Source: Octopus vulgaris
Taxonomy: Eukaryota
DNA: 64,000 nt
Assembly: GCA_951406725.2 (NCBI GenBank)
Contig: OX597816.1
Coordinates: 5,394,001-5,458,000, forward strand
Direction of reading: 5' to 3'
A program made the translations under genes and the position numbers. Positions 37,554 through 51,467 of the stretch are shown in pieces (the stretch's first letter is position 1; each line of letters begins with the position of its first letter). Under the pieces are notes generated by a model. The model was not told where the DNA came from and made no database searches. It saw only the letters and a program-made list of their open reading frames with translations.

Positions 37554-38426
37554 TGCTGGGTTGAGAAATAATTCATTAGCGGTTTTGTTTTTCAAATTTA
37601 AAAATGCACGCAGAAGTAAAACGCATTTTCAAAATGCTTAATGTTATTTAAAAGAGAATTGTTTGCTTTACAAGAAAGTGCGTTTTGATCTTTTAATTTA
37701 AATGATTTTTGTTATATTTTCAGTTCATTAAAATAGAATGTCAAGTGGACAAAGCTGGGCATTTTCGACACCATTTGATTTTTGCATTTAATCGAGGTGT
37801 TAAGGACGCGGAAACTACACGTGAGATTTGTGTTGTATATGGAGAAGGAGCAATTCCTCAAAGTACCGCCCGGCATTGGTTTTCGCGCTTCAAAAATGGG
37901 AATTTTGACCCGAAGGACGGATCACACATTGGTCGACCAATCGAGTTCAATGAAGAGCGATTAAAACAAATTCTTCACGAAATTCGAAGTCAAACAACCA
38001 GAGAATTGGCGAAGCAGATGGATTATGATTTAAAAAAAAAACTGTGGTGAACCACCTTCACTCAATGGGCAAGGTTCACATCGCCAGTGACCAAAGCCGC
38101 AATTCAAGAACTCGAATAGGAAATGCTGCCTCATCCTCCATATTCTCCAGATCTGGTGCCATTAGTTTTCATCTGTTTCAACCGCTTTCGAACGCTTCAC
38201 GCGTTGTATCGTTCAATAATGACGTGGAATTGAGAGTTTGGTTAGACGACTTCTTTGAGTCAAACCCGGGAGATTTCCATTGCCGAGGCTTCAAAAATCT
38301 TATTGAACGTTGGGAGGAAGTCGTAAACAACAACGTAGAGTATATTATTTATTAATTTGCTGTAGTTTTTCTTTTGTTTAAATATATTTGGAAAAAAATG
38401 CGCATGAATTATTCCTCAACCCAATA
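37554..38426 (+). mobile_element. Internally deleted mariner transposon (defective transposase)
   Basis: TIRs TGCTGGGTTGAGAAATAATTCAT / ATGAATTATTCCTCAACCCAATA with TA flanks; HTH region (WFSRFKNGNFDPKD..GRP) and PHPPYSPDL; central catalytic part absent. Confidence 0.92.
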
Positions 38427-38999
38427 TAAAACATTTGAAAGAAGTGTGTATAATTACATATATTCACAATTATCGACTTTGAATGTACTTTTGTGCGTAT
38501 ATACAAGTAGAACTCGGGGACATGAAAATACTGAAGATGATAAACGAGCTCGCTGTTGGCTGACTTTAGACACGTAATTCCTGTCAGAACATCTGTACAG
38601 AACAGAGTATGTAAGGCTTCAAGCCGCTGTGAAGTGTTATATCTGTAACCTTATTACCTTGTGAATAAGTTCCGAAAGGCTCGTGGGGTACAAGCTGTGC
38701 CAGTCAGCATCAAGACTGTTTACGTCGGACATGATTTCCGGTAGCCTCCTGCACTTGGGAAGAATTATAAGTTGCCTCGACGTTCTCTTATCAGTGTATC
38801 TCATTCAAAACAAATGAACTCTCCCCAATAATGCTGCTATAGATCGTCTTTGCAGAAGTATCTTCTCCTCAAGTGTCGATAAGGGTCTGTAGATCTAAAT
38901 GGTAGTTGTCATTCTAGCAGTCAGAGAAACACGCTCATCTACGCTTGCAAAATACCACAGTTACTGTATTTTCTTCGCTGTTGCAGACACACAAATATA

Positions 39000-39415
39000 T
39001 ATTTCTTTACTACCCACAAGGGGCTAAACACAGAGAGGACACACAAGGACACACAAACGGATTAAGTCGATTACATCGACCCCAGTGCGTAACTGGTACT
39101 TAATTTATCGACCCCGAAAGGATGAAAGGCAAAGTCGACCTCGGCGGAATTTGAACTCAGAACGTAACGGCAGACGAAATACCTATTTCTTTACTACCCA
39201 CAAGGGGCTAACCACAGAGGGGACAAACAAGGACAGATAAACGGATTAAGTCGATTATATCGACCCCAGTGCGTAACTGGTACTTAATTTATCGACCCCG
39301 AAAGGATGAAAGGCAAAGTCGACCTCGGCGGAATTTGAACTCAGAACGTATCGACAGACGAAATACGGCTACGCATTTCGCCCAGCGTGCTAACGGTTCA
39401 GTCAGCTCGCCGTCT
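39000..39415 (-). mobile_element. SINE family B, dimer
   Basis: TSD ACACACAAATATA at 38987-38999 and 39423-39435. Confidence 0.9.
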
Positions 39416-41063
39416 TATGAAAACACACAAATATAGCAGACAGTTGTAATATTCAAATTGCTTGTGAAGTTGCATCCCCTATTTGTAATTCTCTTTGGGA
39501 AGTGCAATTATCAAAGGGTGAAGATGATCCTCGCTGAATTCGATAAAGAATCGTTAATAAAATCATGTACTACTATAAAGTGATTTATAAATATACAGGT
39601 ATACGTATGTTTATATGTTCGAGTACAAACTCATAAATATATGCAAATACACATGAGAATGTGATATGTGTGTGTATACGTGTGTGCATGCACGGGAAAG
39701 AGAGAGACAGACAGACAGACAGAAAAAAGAATGAGCACACAGCAAAATGACCACGTGGGAAATGCCGAATGAATATATACATAAAATTATGTAAAAGAAG
39801 TCTACAAAATTTTGCCAGACGAATTACAGAAATAGAATGGCTACCAAATTTATTGAATGAATAAAAAAAAAATGTAAAGACAATGTGTGTCTGGTGTCCA
39901 TGTTCCTGAAATATTCCTTGTTGTATTTTAAGTGTCTAGTTCATCTATTCTATATGAAGCTATCCCAAGATATAAAAATACATTCAAAGAATTTCTTTGC
40001 CCTTTCTCCTGTATAATTAAGTATAACAACTTTGATTTTATGAGGCAGTAAGAATGGTATTTTGTAACGGTTTGCCATTCTCTTTTCCTCCCAATTCGAT
40101 GATGAAGATTAATGATAAGTAACCTAGCGGTGCCATAAAGCAAAAACCATTATTTCAATTTGGATATTTTATGTTCTGTTTCACTCTTAGTTTCTTTAAA
40201 TGAATCTGATTTTGAGTTGTAAAACATCGATTATATACCGACTTCCTTTTGTGATTGATGATTGAACTGATTAAAGACTGCAATCTGTTTATTACTGTGA
40301 GAAATTTTGAAGTTAGTGAGAAAGTTTCAAAGTTATAATAACGCTTTTTTACAAAAATTGTTTCACAGTTTCCCGAACAAGTTGTCTTTCTTAGATATTA
40401 TCTGTAACTCTTCGCCTCCTTTCGTCAAACAGTTTCCAATGAACTTAAGCAACGGACATAAAGAGTTATACACGTAAAACGGTACCAAGAACGATGCCAT
40501 GTTATAACATTAAGCAGTTAAAACTTTTTCTTTAGCAATACTTTTCATATTTACTTAAATCGAAATATCATTCGAACTTCGATTGACAGCTGTCACATGT
40601 ATATTTGTAAAATTCTGTACCGATTTAAAAGAAGTGAAAATAACAGCTTACACCACCGTATTTAATTGATTCTGGTAACTGGCCAGGTGAAGAATTTCAA
40701 TTTCTTGCTTAGGAAGTAGAACAGACGTTTATACAATACACAAAAAGTGATTGCATTAGACCGGTGACTTCCATAAATGTAGGAGATATGAAAATACGAA
40801 GGTGTTGAACGAAATACAAAGTAACTTATAATCTCAGCCTAACAGAAGATTAGCTTAATCTTCATACACACGTTGGTTCTCTTTAACATGGTGTATGCTA
40901 TTCTTTTAGCTTTTTTACTTTCCAGTCATTAGACTGCGGCCATGCTGGGGCACCATCTTGAAGAATTTTCAGCGAGCAAATCGATTCAAGCACATTTTTT
41001 AAACTGGTATTTATTCTATCATGTTTTTTTTTGTGGAACTGCTAAGTTTCGGGGAACAAAGAC

Positions 41064-41109
<46 letters not shown>

Positions 41110-41123
41110 CACACACACCTAGA

Positions 41124-41331
41124 GAGTAATCCCTCGCCGTATCGCAGTTTATCATTTAAGCTTACGCCGATTCCTCCATGGTGTTGTTTTACATTTGTAA
41201 CAAAATAAATACATACAAATTATAAAAATAAGTTTAAAAGATATACAGTACAGTACTGCTTCTACTTCACGGATTTTCTCCTATCGCGGGGGTTTTGGAT
41301 CGTAACACCCGCGATAGTTGAGAGATTACTG
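41124..41331. mobile_element. pogo/Tigger-type MITE
   Basis: Left GAGTAATCCCTCGCCGTATCGC versus right CGCGATAGTTGAGAGATTACTG then TA. Confidence 0.6.
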
Positions 41332-41374
41332 TATATATATATGTATATATATATATATATATACTACACTAATT

Positions 41375-41710
41375 TCAAAATTTTTCACAGTAATAAACAG
41401 ACTGCAGTAAATGTAAAAAAATACAAACTGGGACAAGAACGTGAAGCATTTAGAAGACGATACAAAAAACACGGACGGGACATTCGAAGCCTTCAATCTT
41501 CAGTCAAGAACCGGATCATCTTCGCAATTTCGGCTGATTAATCTTGAGATTGCTCCGATCTGGCCAGCCCCCAAAGGAAAATCTAAGCCAAGCGCATTAG
41601 ATTCCTTGGAAGAAAGCCTCGAATGTATACAAAACAAGGACGGAAAACCGGACGATGTTACACGAATAAAAATACAAAAATACGTAAAAACAATTATGAT
41701 AACACGAATT
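41375..41710 (-). mobile_element. Unclassified repeat F (possibly Penelope-like)
   Basis: Reverse complement aligns with 61775-62055. Confidence 0.65.
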
Positions 41711-42720
41711 ATATATATGGATAGATAGATAGATAGATATGGATATATATATACTACACATAAACACGACAGCTTGTTTCAGTTACCGTCTACCAAATTC
41801 ATTCAAAAGTCTTTGTTTTCCCGGTGCTATTGTAAGAGACACTTGCCCAAAGTACCGTGCAGTGGAACTGAACCCGGAGCCGTGTGGTCGGGAAGCGAAA
41901 TTCTTACCACATCACGACGCCTCATCCTATTGTTAAGAAACGTTATTTTTCAGACATCAGCAGGTAAACGAGAAATGAAGCCGTTTGTGTTGTTTCCAGC
42001 GTCATTAACAATGAATAGAATAAAATATTGGTTCCGCAGAAAATCGAACTCAAGCCATGATTTCAATTCGGTAAATTCCATCAATAACAAAAAGCTATTG
42101 GTATAGAGTGCTGCCAGTTTTTGATGTTTCTTTTCAGTGAAATTTTAATAAATTTTCGAAATTTATTGATCTATTTTCTAACATATTTCCTCACGTATAT
42201 CTCATTATAATGACTTTGAACAATTTATTAAAGAAAATAGTGTTTGGGGAATTTATTTCGTATTTCTAATTGGATATACTGCTAGTGTAATTCATGTTTG
42301 AATAATATGATACACTATCGATATAATTCCAATACCACCTTCTACAACTATTACCATTAGTTGCTTTGTTATTCACACACGCATGCAATGAAATATTTCA
42401 GTCCAAATGACTGAGCGCCGCAGAGCAGCAGAAGCTTTTTACAAGTAAAGACTCATTTTGTTTCGATGCTCTCCACAACGGTATTAATTCTCTTGGCAAA
42501 AATAGCTAAACGTCATAGAATCTCTTACATGTCTTCGAAGCTAAAATTCTATTTAGAGTGAATACGATTCAAAAGGAATCCAAGCATCGTAGGGCATCAC
42601 AAAACACATCGGTAATAAGTTTAAAGACTGGTCTTTACGTCCTGTTCAATTGTTTCGACCACTTAGATTCGGTTCTGTACAAAAGTCATTTTGCTTTACA
42701 TTACGTCACTAAACAGTGAA

Positions 42721-43437
42721 GAGGCGTAGCTTAGAGGTTAGAATATTTGACTCACGATCGTAAACCATATATCGTGAGTTCTATTCCCAGCGGCGCTTGT
42801 GTTCTTGACCAAGACTTATTTTTAAAAGGCGGCGAGCTGGCAGAAACGTTGGCACACTGGGCGAAATGCTTAGCGGTATTTCGTCTGCCGTTACGTTCTG
42901 GGTTCAAATTCCGTCGGGGTCGATTAAATAAGTACCAATTACTCACTGGGGTCAGTATAATCGACTTAATCCTTTTGTCTGTCCTCTCTGTGTTTAGCCC
43001 CTTGTGGGTAGTAAAGAAATAGGTATTTCGTGTGCCGTTACGTTCTGAGTTCAAATTCCGCCGAGGTCGACTTTGAATTTCATCTTTTTGGGGTCGATAA
43101 ATTAAGTACCAGTTACGCACTGGGGTCGATGTAATCAATTTAATCCCATTGTCTGTCCTTGTTTGTCCTCTCTGTGTTTAGCCCCTTGTGGGCAATAAAG
43201 AAATAAGACTTATTTTTAATGCCGCTCCAGTCCCCTCACCTGGCAAAGATGAGTGGTACCTGTTTTGCAAACGGCCAACCTTATCACATTCTAAAGCACG
43301 CTGAATTTCTCTGAGAACTGAGTTAAGGGTAGGCGTGTCTGTGCAGTGTTCAGTCACTCGCACGTTAAATACACGAGCAGATTGTTCCGTTGATCGAATA
43401 AACAGGGAAACCGTGTCGTCGTAACCGACAGAGTGTC
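42721..43437 (+). mobile_element. Old CORE-like SINE interrupted by a family B dimer (42828-43207)
   Basis: TSD AAGACTTATTTTTAA at 42811-42825 and 43205-43219 lies within the CORE segment. Confidence 0.8.
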
Positions 43438-43483
43438 AGTGACGTCATTAAAGAAACAGTCGAAGGTATGCCCCCAAAACTGT

Positions 43484-43882
43484 GGAGGCGCAATGGCCCA
43501 GTGGTTAGGGTAGCGGACTCGAGGTCCTAGGATCGCGGTTTCGATTCCCAGACCGGGTGCTGTGAGTGTTTGAGCGAAAACATCTAAAGCTCCACGAGTG
43601 TCCGGCAGCGGGGAGTGGGGGTGATCCCTGCTGTACTCTTTCACTCAAGGCGGCGAGCTGGCAGAAACGTTAGCACGCCGGGCGAAATGCTTAGCGGTAT
43701 TTCATCTGCCGTTACGTTCTGAGTTCAAATTCCGCCGAGGTCGACTTTGCCTTTCATCTTTTCGGGGTCGATTAAATAAGTACCAGTTACGCACTGGGGT
43801 CGATGTAATCGACTTAATACCTATGTCTGTACTTGTTTGTCCCCTCTATGCTTAGCCCCCTTGTGGGGAATAAAGAAATAGG
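43484..43882 (+). mobile_element. Chimeric SINE: family E 5' part fused to a complete family B monomer
   Basis: E 43484-43645, B 43649-43882; flanking 17-bp direct repeat with 15/17 identity. Confidence 0.8.
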
Positions 43883-44222
43883 TATGTGCCCAAAACAAGT
43901 TAAATTGGATATTGGAAGACTTCAATAAATCGCACGATAGTTAAGAGATTAAATTACCTCCAATTTCGAGGAATGCTGTGTATTTCATACTTTTCTTTTG
44001 ATAATATTTTAACTTCAGTTATCTTCAGATTCTTGATTATTCAATTAACAAAATTAATAATGATTGCTGTTAATTAATTGTGAAACAATGATACAGTATC
44101 ACATTACTGAAACGGGAATTTTATTGTTCAAACTAATAAAGTCAATTTTCGATTCAACCATATTTACTGAATTGGAAGAAAACCCAGCAAATGACTGGTA
44201 CCAAATGTCTCAACAATCAGAA

Positions 44223-44638
44223 AGGTAGAGCTGACAGAAACGTTAGCACGTCGGGCGAAATGCTTAGCGATATTTCGTCTGCCGTTACGCTCTGAGTTCA
44301 AATTCCGCCGAAGTCGACTTTGCCTTTCATTCTTTCGGGGTCGATAAATTAAGTACCAGTTACGCACTGGGGACAATATAATCGACTTAATCCGTTTGTC
44401 TGTCCTTGTTTGTCCACTCTGTGTTTAGCCCCTTGTGGGTAGTAAAGGCATAGGTATTTCGTCTGCCGTTACGTTCTGAGTTCAAATTCTGCCGAGGTCG
44501 ACTTTGCCTTTGATCCTTTCGGTGCCAATTAAATAAGTACCAGTTACGCTCTGGGGTCGCTGTAATCGACTTAATCCGTTTGTCTGTCCTTGTTTGTCCC
44601 CTCTCTGTTTAGACCCTTTTGGGTAGTAAAGAAGTAGG
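44223..44638 (+). mobile_element. SINE family B, dimer
   Basis: Head plus two units. Confidence 0.85.
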
Positions 44639-44784
44639 TAGGCAGTGCAAATTAGGTGCAATCATGTATAACTAGAATATCAGTGAAGGGGCTAGTTTAT
44701 AAAGAAATTGCGAAAACTGTGTAGCGACTCGCAAAATGTTTCGTGGCACGAAGAACTTTTTCTGCACCCATTCCCTTCCGGTCA

Positions 44785-44989
44785 TTTCAATATGCGACCG
44801 CGTGTGTATCGTTGGCGATATCCTTTCCCCGTCTTTCCTTCTTTAGACTTTTTTTTTATATTTCCGATGAAGTGCTCCGCTCGAAACGTGAAATCCTCTT
44901 TCTTTCTTTCCTTTCCTGAGCGTCCAAATACACTGTACTTATTCCACGTCCTCGCGTTGTTGTTTTTTCTTGTTTGTTCGTGTTTGGAT

Positions 44990-44995
<6 letters not shown>
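44785..44995 (+). mobile_element. Penelope-like terminal remnant with hammerhead-like motif
   Basis: CCGATGAagtgctccgctcGAAACGTGA at 44864-44891; ends in (TA)n. Confidence 0.6.
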
Positions 44996-45042
<47 letters not shown>

Positions 45043-45539
45043 AGGTGAATGAATTATCGTATGTTTACCGTCAACATGGAAAATTCGATGAACCGATACC
45101 AGGGTAGCAAATTCACGAAACATATGTCGAGAGTAAGGGAATTTTGTTAACATCTTCGTTCAACTCCATTTATTTATTTATTCATATATATATATATATA
45201 GGCAATTATTCAAATAAATATATTAAATATCTTGGGTATGAACTACAAAACATGTATATATGTATACTTGCAAAACGAGAGAAAGCAAAGGGTGAAGGCT
45301 TTCAGACGGTGAATATTTAAGTATAAATATTAAGATATTCATATTAATAGATCTAACTTACACAGAGTACACACTACAGAAAAAATTGAAGGGGAAGAAT
45401 TAAGGAGTTATAATTTGTTTCTGGGGGCTCGTAGATCCGTCATATTGTTGGTAGATATTGTTCATCACAAAAAGAAACAGCTGCTGGTCTTATAACTCCG
45501 TCCATCAAAACAAGTGCCCTCTGCAGTTGTTGGTCTTAG

Positions 45540-46050
45540 GTTTAACAGTTTAATTTAGATTCGTCCCTCCTACTCTTGCCATTTTAGTCACTTCCGCCCA
45601 GTTTTTAAAGTCACTCGGGGACAGTACTTCCCTTTCCACCCTTGCCCTCTTTTTCAAGTGAAACTGAAAAACCCGACACCTCTTCAGAAGAAGACAGCCT
45701 CTGACTTTATAACTTCCTACCTTTTCTACTGCACAGCTTCTTTCGATATAGCCACTAGACACAGAAAAATTAATAGTCTTGCCCAGTTAAGGAATTCGGA
45801 GAAGTATTGATGATGAGGAACTCAGCAGATAGTCGGATCCGTCCCACACTTGGCAGCAGCTCTTCGATATCTCACCACAAATTAATAACATTCGGACAAT
45901 GAACGATTGATGACAAAACAATTTCTTCCCTCTTCGTGCATCTCGGACAGCGCCCCCTCCATTGACTGACAGCACTTCTGTGTTTCTGGAGTTCATATCT
46001 ACCAGTAGCGCTATCAGGACGAGGACATGTAAAAATTTTCGATTGTGGTC
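45540..46050 (-). mobile_element. Tx1/L1-like LINE ORF2 C-terminal fragment
   Basis: RCPRCTKREEIVLSSIVHCPNVINLW (zinc-knuckle-like) ... FQFHLKKRARVEREVLS..NWAEV. Confidence 0.7.
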
Positions 46051-47562
46051 CTTGATCTGAAAACCTTTCAGAATAGACGAACCAGTTTTTTTTCATCAAC
46101 GTTCAGACTTATCCTGAAAAGCACTAATAACCAACAAACTGAGTAGATCATCCACTAATCTCTTTGACCAACTGTTAATCTCTACTGCAATACAGAAGCG
46201 AGTAACTCAACACAGTTTCCATGTTCTGAGCAAGTTAAAGAATGGTAAATTACCGGGAAATTATATAAACCTTGGAACGAAAATGAAGTTCCGTTCATTT
46301 AAGACGTTTTTCAGTCTACGTTTTGAGTTTTGCAGTATGTTTTTATGGATGAAACCATATTATATCGCCTCTATCGAGTAGCCTGGCGCATGCGTGGGTT
46401 TAGTAATTCCTCTGAAGCAATGACTCGAATATAAGTAAATGACCTTTGTGGAATATCGATAGAGATATTGAGATAATTAGATTTTAAGGGTTGCTAATTA
46501 GCTTGTTTGTTTCGCTGTGCACTGTCAATCAATACAACATTCAAGGGTTACCTCATTGGCACCGAATGGAATCGGTAATTATCTGTGAAGCCTCTTATAG
46601 AGTTGTCGATTTAAAAACGAAGACATCATTTTCGTAAAGTCATTCAGAGTAGGCGACATTAATTTCTTTAGATTCATTGAATATATTCCAACGGGTTACT
46701 GCAAAATAAGAGAAAACCTTTTCGTTAAAAGGTCACCGAGGTGCAAACTGCAGACAGGATATATTCATAGCATTTCTAAGAAGTTTTTTTTCCAAGGAAG
46801 CAGTCATATTGTAATCCACTGTATTGTATTTATTGAGTACATTAGTCTTGATTCTAAATACATAATTTATTTCTATTTAAATACGAAGAGCAATGACAAA
46901 CAATAGCACAAGATTTGTCATGAATACCGTCGCGTGAGTTTAATGCGAGCATGATGCAAAATCTCTAAGTGTGTCAGAAGTGATGTGCTCTCAAAAGGTT
47001 ATCGTCAAAAAGAAAAGAAGAGAAAACACCGGCGTCCTACTTTCAGATGAGGAAATTTGCTGTCATTTAATATCAAAGCATGAGTGTACTGATATGACTA
47101 ACCTGGAATTATGTTATAGGAAAAGTCGTAAGAAGCGGCAACCACAGAAACACCGACGACAATAAATTGCTACGAAGTGTCGTATAACAACTTTCACATG
47201 GAAACAAAAGCTTTCCATAAAAATAGAATAAAGGAAATAGAACACTGTATCCAAGATGAAGATTTACAAAGCAAGCAAAAAGATTATGGTTTACGGATCT
47301 CCAGAATGTACAACTACACACATCGTATATTGTAAACACACATCATAAACAACGTCATACAATGCAATATTTAAATGGAGAATTAATACGAACAGGACCG
47401 AGAGAAATTAGAAGGAAGCCATGATACTTAAAAACCGATCATAATTAAGACACATTAATAAATCAGTGATTAATAAAGACAATATCCTCGAAGCTAGGAC
47501 CTACGATACATGCTATAGTGTGAGTTTACTACGAGACAGCGAGTAGAAGCCAATGTAATAAT

Positions 47563-47966
47563 CCTTTCTACTATAGGTACAAGGCTTGAAATTCGGTTGG
47601 AGGAGACGAATCGATTACATCGTCCCCAGTACGTAACTGCTACTTAATTTGTCGACCCCGAAAGGATGAAAAGCAAAGTCGACCTCGGCGGAATTTGAAC
47701 TCAGAACGTATAGGCAAACGAAATACATATTTCTTACTTCTTTACTACCCACAAGGGGCTAAACACAGAGAGGACAAACAAGGATAGACAAACGGATTAA
47801 GTCGATTACATAGACCCAAGTGCGTAACTGGTACTTAATTTATCGACCCCGAAAGGATGAAAGGCAAAGTCGACCTCGGCTGAATTTGAACTCAGAACGT
47901 ATAGGCAAACGAAATACCGCTAAGCATTCCGTCAAGCGTGCTAACGATTCTGCCAGCTCGCCGCCT
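47563..47966 (-). mobile_element. SINE family B
   Basis: 19-bp TSD TAGAAGCCAATGTAATAAT at 47544-47562 and 47967-47985. Confidence 0.9.
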
Positions 47967-48422
47967 TAGAAGCCAATGTAATAATGATCTTTCAAAAGTT
48001 TAACTCTTAACAAACCCATTCACTTCGATCAGTTGGCTCCTTTCGAAATATTAGTAAAACTAGAAAAGGACGATACATCAGATTAGAATGTCTTGACGAA
48101 TTATATGCATATTATAGCGGATTCTCCGGCCGTCTTCGAGTTATCAGGGTCCAACAACTAGCTGTTAGTCTACGCATACAGATGGCTTGTTTTCAGTGAC
48201 GATGTGATGTGATGTGTGGAACCAGCTACAAATTTTGACATGAATCACAATGAATAATATACCTCGGGCTTTTCTATAAGAATTCTACAGCTTTTAGATT
48301 AGTTGCCTTCGCCACCGCTTAAAGTCCAACCCTGTAGGTGAAACGCGCACTTGGTTATCAAAGCCAACATTTTAAAATCTTCATGCATACACACGCACAC
48401 ACACACACACACATATATGTGC

Positions 48423-48470
<48 letters not shown>

Positions 48471-48518
48471 ATGTATGTGTATGTATATATATATATACAC
48501 ACACACACATATATATAT

Positions 48519-48562
<44 letters not shown>

Positions 48563-48690
48563 ATGTATGTGTATGTATATATATATATACACACACACAC
48601 ATATATATATATACACACACATATATACATATATATGTATATGTAGAGAATATGCGTAAAGGAAGAAGGAGTTGAAGAAAGAGAGATATT

Positions 48691-48748
48691 TTTCTCCGAT
48701 GACGGAATATCTCCTACTCTGGGATATCACAGAAACAGCTGTAAGACT
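48691..48748 (+). ncRNA. Minimal type I hammerhead ribozyme-like motif (Penelope-type)
   Basis: tct-CCGATGA..ATATCTC-loop-GGGATAT..GAA-ACAGCTGT-A-aga: stem II, palindromic stem III, GUA triplet, 3-bp stem I. Confidence 0.55.
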
Positions 48749-49299
48749 TAAAATTTTTTCCAATAATAATAATAATGCATACGACTTAATATGTTTGCCT
48801 TGCTTTAACGTTTGTTGTCCTCTTTAGCAATTTTTTTCCACTGCATCGGAAATCTGCAATGACTCCATAACTACTGCCTCGGCTATAACCTTGGAGCCCT
48901 GGTAATCCGTTACAGCTTTTACCTAGCGTACCTAATCGTTTAGATCACCTGTGAAATAAACCCCCATATTTTGTATGTATATACATATAAGAGGAATGAC
49001 CTATATATATACACATTTATACATATATATCATGCAAATTGGATGGCTGTTGAATCTTCTGCTTTTATCTGTCCTTTGGCAGGCCTTGTTTTTCATGTCA
49101 TAAAGGGTCCAAATTCTACCCTATTCATCAAGCAAGCTTGGCAGGGTTGCTGGTTTAGGCACCAGTGGCCTGATAATTAAACAGCTTATATTGGGCTACA
49201 TGTTACCTGTAGTACTCAAGAGAGACATGACACAACGCATATTATACGTCCATACAAACATTTAATACACAAGGCCATCATAAAGGATGCATGAGATAC

Positions 49300-49675
49300 G
49301 AAGAAGAAGAAGAAGAAAAGAAGAAGAAGAAGAAGAAGAAGAAGAAGAAGAAGAGGGAAAAAAGAAGAAGAAGAAGAAGAAGAGGAAAAAGAAGAAGAAG
49401 AAGAAGAAGAAGAAGAAGATGAAGATGATGATGATGATGACGATGACGATGATGATAATGATGATGAAGAAGAAGAAGAAGAAGAAGAAGATGAAGATGA
49501 TGATGACGATGACGATGATGATAATGATGATGAAGAAGAAGAACAAGAAGAACAAGAACAAGAACAAGAACAAGAAGAAAAGAACAAGAAGAAGAAGAGG
49601 AGGACGAGGAAGAAGAAGAAGAAGAAGAAGAAGAAGAAGAAGAAGAAGAAGAAGAAGAAGAAGAAGAAGAAGAAA
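49300..49675. repeat. (GAA)/(GAT) low-complexity block with an internal ~60-70-bp duplication
   Basis: Direct reading. Confidence 0.95.
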
Positions 49676-50527
49676 ACAGGGTGATGTAAGATTAAAATTA
49701 AAGAGAAACACAGAAGTATGTGGGAAGTTATAATGAGCAATGAAATAATAAAAGAACTTGCACCAAGATTACAGGATAAAAGTAAAACATCCGGTTCTAT
49801 AGTGAAAAGATAAGCTCTGACAAACCAATGAAGGCATTGAATATATTCTACCATACACAGAAAACAGATAATTTTCCATAAAAGGAACAAAAATAATGCG
49901 AGAGAAACGACCAAGAAATGGACCGTGGATATACAATGGAAACACCACAGAATCTAATAAATGCGTGAAAAAAATAAATAAGGCATTAACGTAAAAGATG
50001 AAGAAGAGGAAAAATCCAAAGATGAATAGAGAGTAAATAAATCCCACTGGAAGCATCTAATCAAATACTGAACCACAACAACAACAACAAAAAAACATAA
50101 CATTGATTGCACAATTAACGATCAACAGAATAAAAATATAGATCCGAAAATGTTAGTTAACAACGATGAAAAAATCTATCCTAAACAATATAGGAAAAAG
50201 GCGAGACCGTAAGAAAATCAATAAACCTGGCTTAAAGGAAACCCTTTACAATGAACAAAACAGATATCTCTATGAAAGGAATGGGAAAATACAAGGCTGC
50301 GCAATAATTTGTTTCCATAGAAAAGAAACCTGGTCGTGAATAGGCTAAATTACGAAACTTATTCCAGTATTTGTGGTGGCATCAAAGGAAGAACGTCAAG
50401 GTTCCATCCTTAATGAGGGAGGCCCTTTTCAATCCAAACTATCAAAAGCGAAAAAAAAGTTTTTCTAAACTCAGTGGAACGAGGAAAATAAAACGGGAAA
50501 AAAATGAAATAAAAAGCAAAGCGTCTA

Positions 50528-51174
<647 letters not shown>

Positions 51175-51175
<1 letters not shown>

Positions 51176-51367
51176 GCCTGTATTTTGTGGGAGAGTTACA
51201 GTCGATCACATCGACCCCAGTACTCAACTGGTACTTAATTTATCGACCCCGAAAGGATGAAAGGCAAAGTCGACCTCGGCGGAATTTGAACATAGAACAT
51301 AGCGACGAGCGAAATACCGCTAAGCATTTCACCCGGCGTGCTGACGATATTGTCAACTCGCCGCCTT
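51175..51367 (-). mobile_element. SINE family B monomer between (AAT)n tracts, followed by (GAA)n to about 51518
   Basis: Head and central domain. Confidence 0.8.
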
Positions 51368-51420
51368 AATAATAATAATAATGAGAAGAAGAAGAAGAAG
51401 AAGAAGAAGAAGAAGAAGAA

Positions 51421-51467
<47 letters not shown>

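Larger units (their letters stand above)
40905..41930 (-). mobile_element. SINE family A split by two nested insertions
   Basis: 3' part 40905-41070; 5' part 41765-41930. Confidence 0.7.
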
